From NCBI GenBank assembly GCA_964509075.1, contig CAZDWC010000010.1, forward strand, positions 22,368-86,367: DNA of 64,000 bases, given 5' to 3'. The notes under the pieces were generated by a model. The model saw only the letters and a list, made by a program, of their open reading frames with translations, was not told the DNA's origin and made no database searches. This DNA is from an uncultured Pseudomonadales bacterium. GTDB taxonomy: Bacteria; Pseudomonadota; Gammaproteobacteria; Pseudomonadales; UBA7239. The position numbers and the translations under genes were made by a program. Shown one piece after another: positions 59,950 to 64,000 of this stretch. Position 1 is the stretch's first letter; every line of letters begins with the position of its first letter.

Positions 59950-62655
59950 ATGTCTCCGATGATTCGACTGCCGCGCCGCCCACTGCCTTTTTATCGCCAC
60001 ACTCTGACCGGACTCGGTGTGGTGCTGGCCGCCCTCGCCCACAATGCGCATGCCGGTTGGGACTGCAGCCAGGGCGCAGGTGGCGAATGGGTCTGTCAGG
60101 GCAACGGTGAAACCATCAACAGCGCGCCGGAAGTTGCCGTGCCGGCAAGTGTCTCCACAACCGTCTCTGCCGCGACAGCAACAAACGCCCCAGCTGATAC
60201 ATCCACCCCATCAGCAGCAACCTCGCACACAGAAAACGCGCAGGCAGAAACTGCCGACGAACGTCTGTCACCCAGACATATCGTGCAACTGAGCGATGAT
60301 TGGGTACCGCTGTCAAAACTGACAGCGCAGCAGCGCAACAATCTGAATGAAAAGAATCTTCGCGCGAGCACGCTATGCTGTGGCGCCTATGTTGATCCAA
60401 CCGATGCCGACAATCATGAGGAACCGTCCAGCGCCCAGGTCAGCGCCCACGCCGACAACACCGAAACCGACATGGCAAAGCAGACAACGGCACTCAAAGG
60501 CAATGTGCAGATCAGCCAGGGCTATCGTTACCTGCGCGCCGACAGCGCCACATTGCAGAAAAACCCGCAGAAAGTGACCCTGGAAGGCAATGTCACCCTG
60601 CGCGAACCGAATCTGCTGCTGCTCAGCGACAAAGCGGATGTGCTGGTGGATGACAGCACAGCTGAGCTCAGCAATGTGCAGTACCTGATGCACGAACAGC
60701 ATATTCACGGCACAGCGCAGAGCCTCTCGCGCAGTGAAACCGGCGTGGCCTCGATGATTGATGCCCGCTACAGTTACTGCCCGGTTGGCAGTGAGCAATG
60801 GACACTGCAAAGCAGCAGCCTCACTCTCGACCCCAACGATTCGCAAGGTCGCGCACGCAACGTCACGTTGCGCATAAAAGACGTGCCGGTTTTCTACACG
60901 CCCTACCTGCAATTCCCGCTGGGCGACAAACGCATGTCAGGCTTTCTGGTGCCATCTTTCGGCAGCGGTGAAGATGGTCTTGATATTGCCGCACCCTATT
61001 ACGTCAATCTGGCACCAGACTATGACCTGTTGCTGACACCGCGCTACATCAGTGATCGCGGTGCCATGCTAGGCTCGAAATTCCGGCACATGTCGGCTCT
61101 TACACGTACCAATCTCAACGTGGATGCACTGCCCGGCGATGAAAAGGCCGACGACGGCAACAGCGACCGCTGGTATCTGAACACAACACATAACGGCAGC
61201 GCCAAACGCTGGGAAAGCCTGGTGAATTTCACCACGGTCAGCGACGACGAGTATTTCCACGATTTCAGCAATTCAGGTTTGCGTTCCGCCAACGCAACCA
61301 ACCTGCGCAAAGAAGCCGGGTTTGATTATTTACCCGACAACTGGCGCGTGGGAGTGAAAGCCAAGGACTTCCAGACACTGGGCGACACCTTGGTCAAACC
61401 GCACACCGTGTTGCCCTCTCTCTTTGCTGACGGCATCTATGCCTTGGAAAGCGGCCCCGTTATCACCTTGCACAATGCCATGACTCGCTTCGATCACAGC
61501 GACAGCGGCGATATCCAGAACAAACTGTTTTATGACATCGACTACAACCCGTTGACACAATCACTGGGACGCGAGAACCAGATCATCACCGGCAACCGTT
61601 ACAACCTCGACTACAGCATCGCGCTACCACTGCGCAGTGCCGGCGCATTTTTCACACCGAAAATCGGCGTGCGCAATGTCACGCAGGCACTGGATGACAC
61701 TACCGTCAACACACCAGACAGCAATCCGTCCGCCACCGTTGGCGTGGCCAGCATCGACAGCGGCCTGATCTTCGAGCGTGACAGCCAATGGTTCGGCAAG
61801 CATTACCGCCAGACACTGGAACCGCGCGCTTTCTATTACTACGCCGGCAAACAGGATCAGGATGATATCTACAACTTCGAAAGTGACTCGCTGAGCTTTT
61901 CTTACGCACAGCTTTTCCGCGACTACCGTCTCGCCGGCGAAGATTATGTGGAAGATGCCAACCAGATATCCACTGGCGTCAGCTCACGCCTGCTCGACCC
62001 ACAGAGCGGTCGTGAAATCCTGCGCGTCGGCATCGGCCAGAGTTACTACCTGAGCAATCGCGACATCGTGCTCGAAAGCGATCCCGCCACTGCACGTTAT
62101 GAACAGGAGCGCGACAGCTCATCCATCGTCGGTGAAATTGCCGCACGCCTGAACCGCGACTGGGATATCCGCACCGAAACCCTGTGGAATGACGACAGGG
62201 CGCAACGCGAACGGCAATCCGTGGCACTGCGTTACCGTGATGATGAACGCCGCCTGTTCAACATCGGCTACCAGTTTCTCGATCGCAAACCTTCACCCAA
62301 TGCCGATCTGGTCATGACCGATCGCACGGTTGAACAGAATTATGTTTCTGCCGTGTACCCGCTCAATAATCAATGGAGCCTGATCGGCCACTGGAATCAC
62401 GACGTCACCAATGATCGCGATCTTGAACGCATTGCCGGCTTTGAGTACGACAGCTGCTGCTGGTCGGTGCGTCTGGTCGCGCGCAGCTGGGCAGTCAACC
62501 GCAACTTTGTCGACAACGTCGACGAACAACAAACCGACAATGGCGTCTTCCTGCAAGTTCAACTGAAAAGCCTGGGCAATTTCGGCGACAGCCTTGATGA
62601 TCGCCTGTCCGACAGCATTCTCGGTTATGAAGACCGCAACAAGCCGCTGGATTGA
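59950..62655 (+). CDS. lptD: LPS assembly outer-membrane protein LptD
   Basis: ORF 59788-62655(+), start at MSPMIRLPRR (ATG 59950) with signal peptide ...AHNAHA. About 900 aa beta-barrel protein upstream of surA. Confidence 0.9.
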   Translation: MSPMIRLPRRPLPFYRHTLTGLGVVLAALAHNAHAGWDCSQGAGGEWVCQGNGETINSAPEVAVPASVSTTVSAATATNAPADTSTPSAATSHTENAQAETADERLSPRHIVQLSDDWVPLSKLTAQQRNNLNEKNLRASTLCCGAYVDPTDADNHEEPSSAQVSAHADNTETDMAKQTTALKGNVQISQGYRYLRADSATLQKNPQKVTLEGNVTLREPNLLLLSDKADVLVDDSTAELSNVQYLMHEQHIHGTAQSLSRSETGVASMIDARYSYCPVGSEQWTLQSSSLTLDPNDSQGRARNVTLRIKDVPVFYTPYLQFPLGDKRMSGFLVPSFGSGEDGLDIAAPYYVNLAPDYDLLLTPRYISDRGAMLGSKFRHMSALTRTNLNVDALPGDEKADDGNSDRWYLNTTHNGSAKRWESLVNFTTVSDDEYFHDFSNSGLRSANATNLRKEAGFDYLPDNWRVGVKAKDFQTLGDTLVKPHTVLPSLFADGIYALESGPVITLHNAMTRFDHSDSGDIQNKLFYDIDYNPLTQSLGRENQIITGNRYNLDYSIALPLRSAGAFFTPKIGVRNVTQALDDTTVNTPDSNPSATVGVASIDSGLIFERDSQWFGKHYRQTLEPRAFYYYAGKQDQDDIYNFESDSLSFSYAQLFRDYRLAGEDYVEDANQISTGVSSRLLDPQSGREILRVGIGQSYYLSNRDIVLESDPATARYEQERDSSSIVGEIAARLNRDWDIRTETLWNDDRAQRERQSVALRYRDDERRLFNIGYQFLDRKPSPNADLVMTDRTVEQNYVSAVYPLNNQWSLIGHWNHDVTNDRDLERIAGFEYDSCCWSVRLVARSWAVNRNFVDNVDEQQTDNGVFLQVQLKSLGNFGDSLDDRLSDSILGYEDRNKPLD

Positions 62656-62697
62656 CCGCTGCCACACCACCAGCCAACGCATACAGGTATAAGACAC

Positions 62698-63990
62698 ATG
62701 CACAAGAGTTTACGCATTTTCATCACGCTGCTGGCATTCGGCGGTTTCCTGCTGCCTGCTGCGCAGGCAGCAGACACGCAAACACTCGATCGCGTGGTTG
62801 CTGTGGTAGACGATGATGTGATCATGGCCAGCGAACTGAACCTGCAGATGCACATGCTGGCCAGCCAGATGCAGCAGGCAGGCCGCGAGTTGCCGCCTGA
62901 AGAAATTCTTCAAAAACAGGTGCTGGAACGACTGATTGTCGAAAGCCTGCAATTGCAGATGGCAGATCGTGCAGGCGTCAGTGTCAGCGATGAACAATTG
63001 CAACAGGCCATGAACAATATCGCCGCACAGAACAAAATGAGCAGTGACGCCTTCCGGCAGGAACTGGCAAAAGGCGGCATTCCCTATTCCATGTTTCAGG
63101 AAAATATTCGCAGGCAAATACTGATACAGCAAGTGCAACAGGGTGTGGTCAGCAAACGCATCGAAATCACCGATCAGGATGTGGAAAACTTCCTGCATTC
63201 CGAAGAAGGCAAGTTGCGCGCGCAGCCGCAATACCACGTTGCCCACATCGTGCTCGGCCTGAGTGAGAATGCCTCGGCCGCTGAAATCGCCGAGCAACAG
63301 AAAAAGGCATCGGACATCGCCGCACAAGCGCAAAAAGGAGCAGACTTCCGCCAACTGGCGATGCGCTGGTCCAATGCCCAGGATGCACTGGAAGGCGGCG
63401 ACCTCGGCTGGCGCCAGCCCATTCAATTACCCGGCATTTATGCTGATGCCGTCAACAAGCTCGAAGCCGGTCAGGTCAGCGCACCGCTGCGCTCCGATCG
63501 CGGCATCCATGTCGTCAAGGTACTGGAAAAGAAAAACCCCTTCAGCGATCTTGTCATGCAAACGCATGCGCGCCACATTCTTGTAAAAACATCAGCAGTC
63601 CGCAATGATGAAGAGGCGCAGGCGCTGCTTGTCAGTGTGCGCGCTGCCGCACTCAAAGGCGGTGATTTTGCCGCGCTGGCGAAAAAATATTCCGAAGATC
63701 CCGGCTCGGCATTGAAAGGTGGAGATCTCGGTTGGAGCAATCCCGGGCAGATGGTTCCCGAATTTGAACAAACCGCAGACAACACCGCTATCGGTCAGAT
63801 TTCACCACCATTCCGCAGCCAGTTCGGCTGGCACATCCTGCAGGTGCTCGAGCGCCGCCAACAGGATATGAGCAGCGACATGATGCGACAGCAAGTGAAA
63901 ATGGTCTTGCGCAAGCGCCAGTACGAAGACGAATTGCCACGCTGGATGAAAGAACTGCGTGACAAAGCCTACGTGCAGATCAAGTTGTAA
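62698..63990 (+). CDS. surA: Periplasmic chaperone / PPIase SurA
   Basis: 430 aa. Signal peptide and two parvulin domains (GGDLGW twice, ...FGWHILQVLERR). Confidence 0.92.
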   Translation: MHKSLRIFITLLAFGGFLLPAAQAADTQTLDRVVAVVDDDVIMASELNLQMHMLASQMQQAGRELPPEEILQKQVLERLIVESLQLQMADRAGVSVSDEQLQQAMNNIAAQNKMSSDAFRQELAKGGIPYSMFQENIRRQILIQQVQQGVVSKRIEITDQDVENFLHSEEGKLRAQPQYHVAHIVLGLSENASAAEIAEQQKKASDIAAQAQKGADFRQLAMRWSNAQDALEGGDLGWRQPIQLPGIYADAVNKLEAGQVSAPLRSDRGIHVVKVLEKKNPFSDLVMQTHARHILVKTSAVRNDEEAQALLVSVRAAALKGGDFAALAKKYSEDPGSALKGGDLGWSNPGQMVPEFEQTADNTAIGQISPPFRSQFGWHILQVLERRQQDMSSDMMRQQVKMVLRKRQYEDELPRWMKELRDKAYVQIKL

Positions 63991-64000
63991 GGCATGCCGA

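Overview
GC-rich chromosomal segment of a gammaproteobacterium. The synteny (lpxH-ppiB / glnS / cysS, yrfG-hslR-hslO, kdsD-kdsC-lptC-lptA-lptB, hom-thrC, yggS / pilT-pilU, amgK-murU / lptD-surA) looks Pseudomonadales/Cellvibrionales-like, but the species cannot be named from sequence alone. About 60 genes are tightly packed and most are housekeeping: aminoacyl-tRNA synthetases, LPS transport, amino-acid biosynthesis, twitching-motility ATPases, heat-shock genes and two FadE-type acyl-CoA dehydrogenases. No rRNA, tRNA, CRISPR array, transposase, integrase or phage gene was seen. The less ordinary parts are: (1) an AT-richer divergent five-gene island at 32.5-36.0 kb, with two lipoproteins and an inner-membrane protein on one strand, and a 91-aa protein made only of flagellar-rod N- and C-terminal motifs plus a disordered K/E/Q-rich protein on the other; this is my best candidate for an undescribed envelope system. 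(2) An Arn/Gtr-like but non-canonical locus at 18.2-25.9 kb next to the kdsD-lpt genes, apparently for periplasmic amino-sugar transfer via undecaprenyl phosphate: oxidoreductase, aminotransferase, DedA/TVP38, GT2, a small 4-TM protein in a low-GC insert, and two coupled ArnT-like GT-C genes. (3) A tail-anchored tandem kinase-pseudokinase divergent from a tail-anchored double-FHA protein. (4) A six-gene operon joining a TonB-dependent receptor to a Tat-exported IorAB-type molybdenum hydroxylase. (5) An orphan three-haem cytochrome c, two DDN-type nitroreductase-family paralogues and a 565-aa polytopic membrane protein around rpe. (6) A modular hairpin repeat family (three copies) and several candidate operators/promoters: sigma-54 at glnK, an NsrR-like palindrome at a truncated haemoglobin gene, a PmrA-box-like direct repeat at the arnT-like genes, and a sigma-32-like promoter at htpX. 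All functional calls rest on motif recognition by eye; no database search was run.
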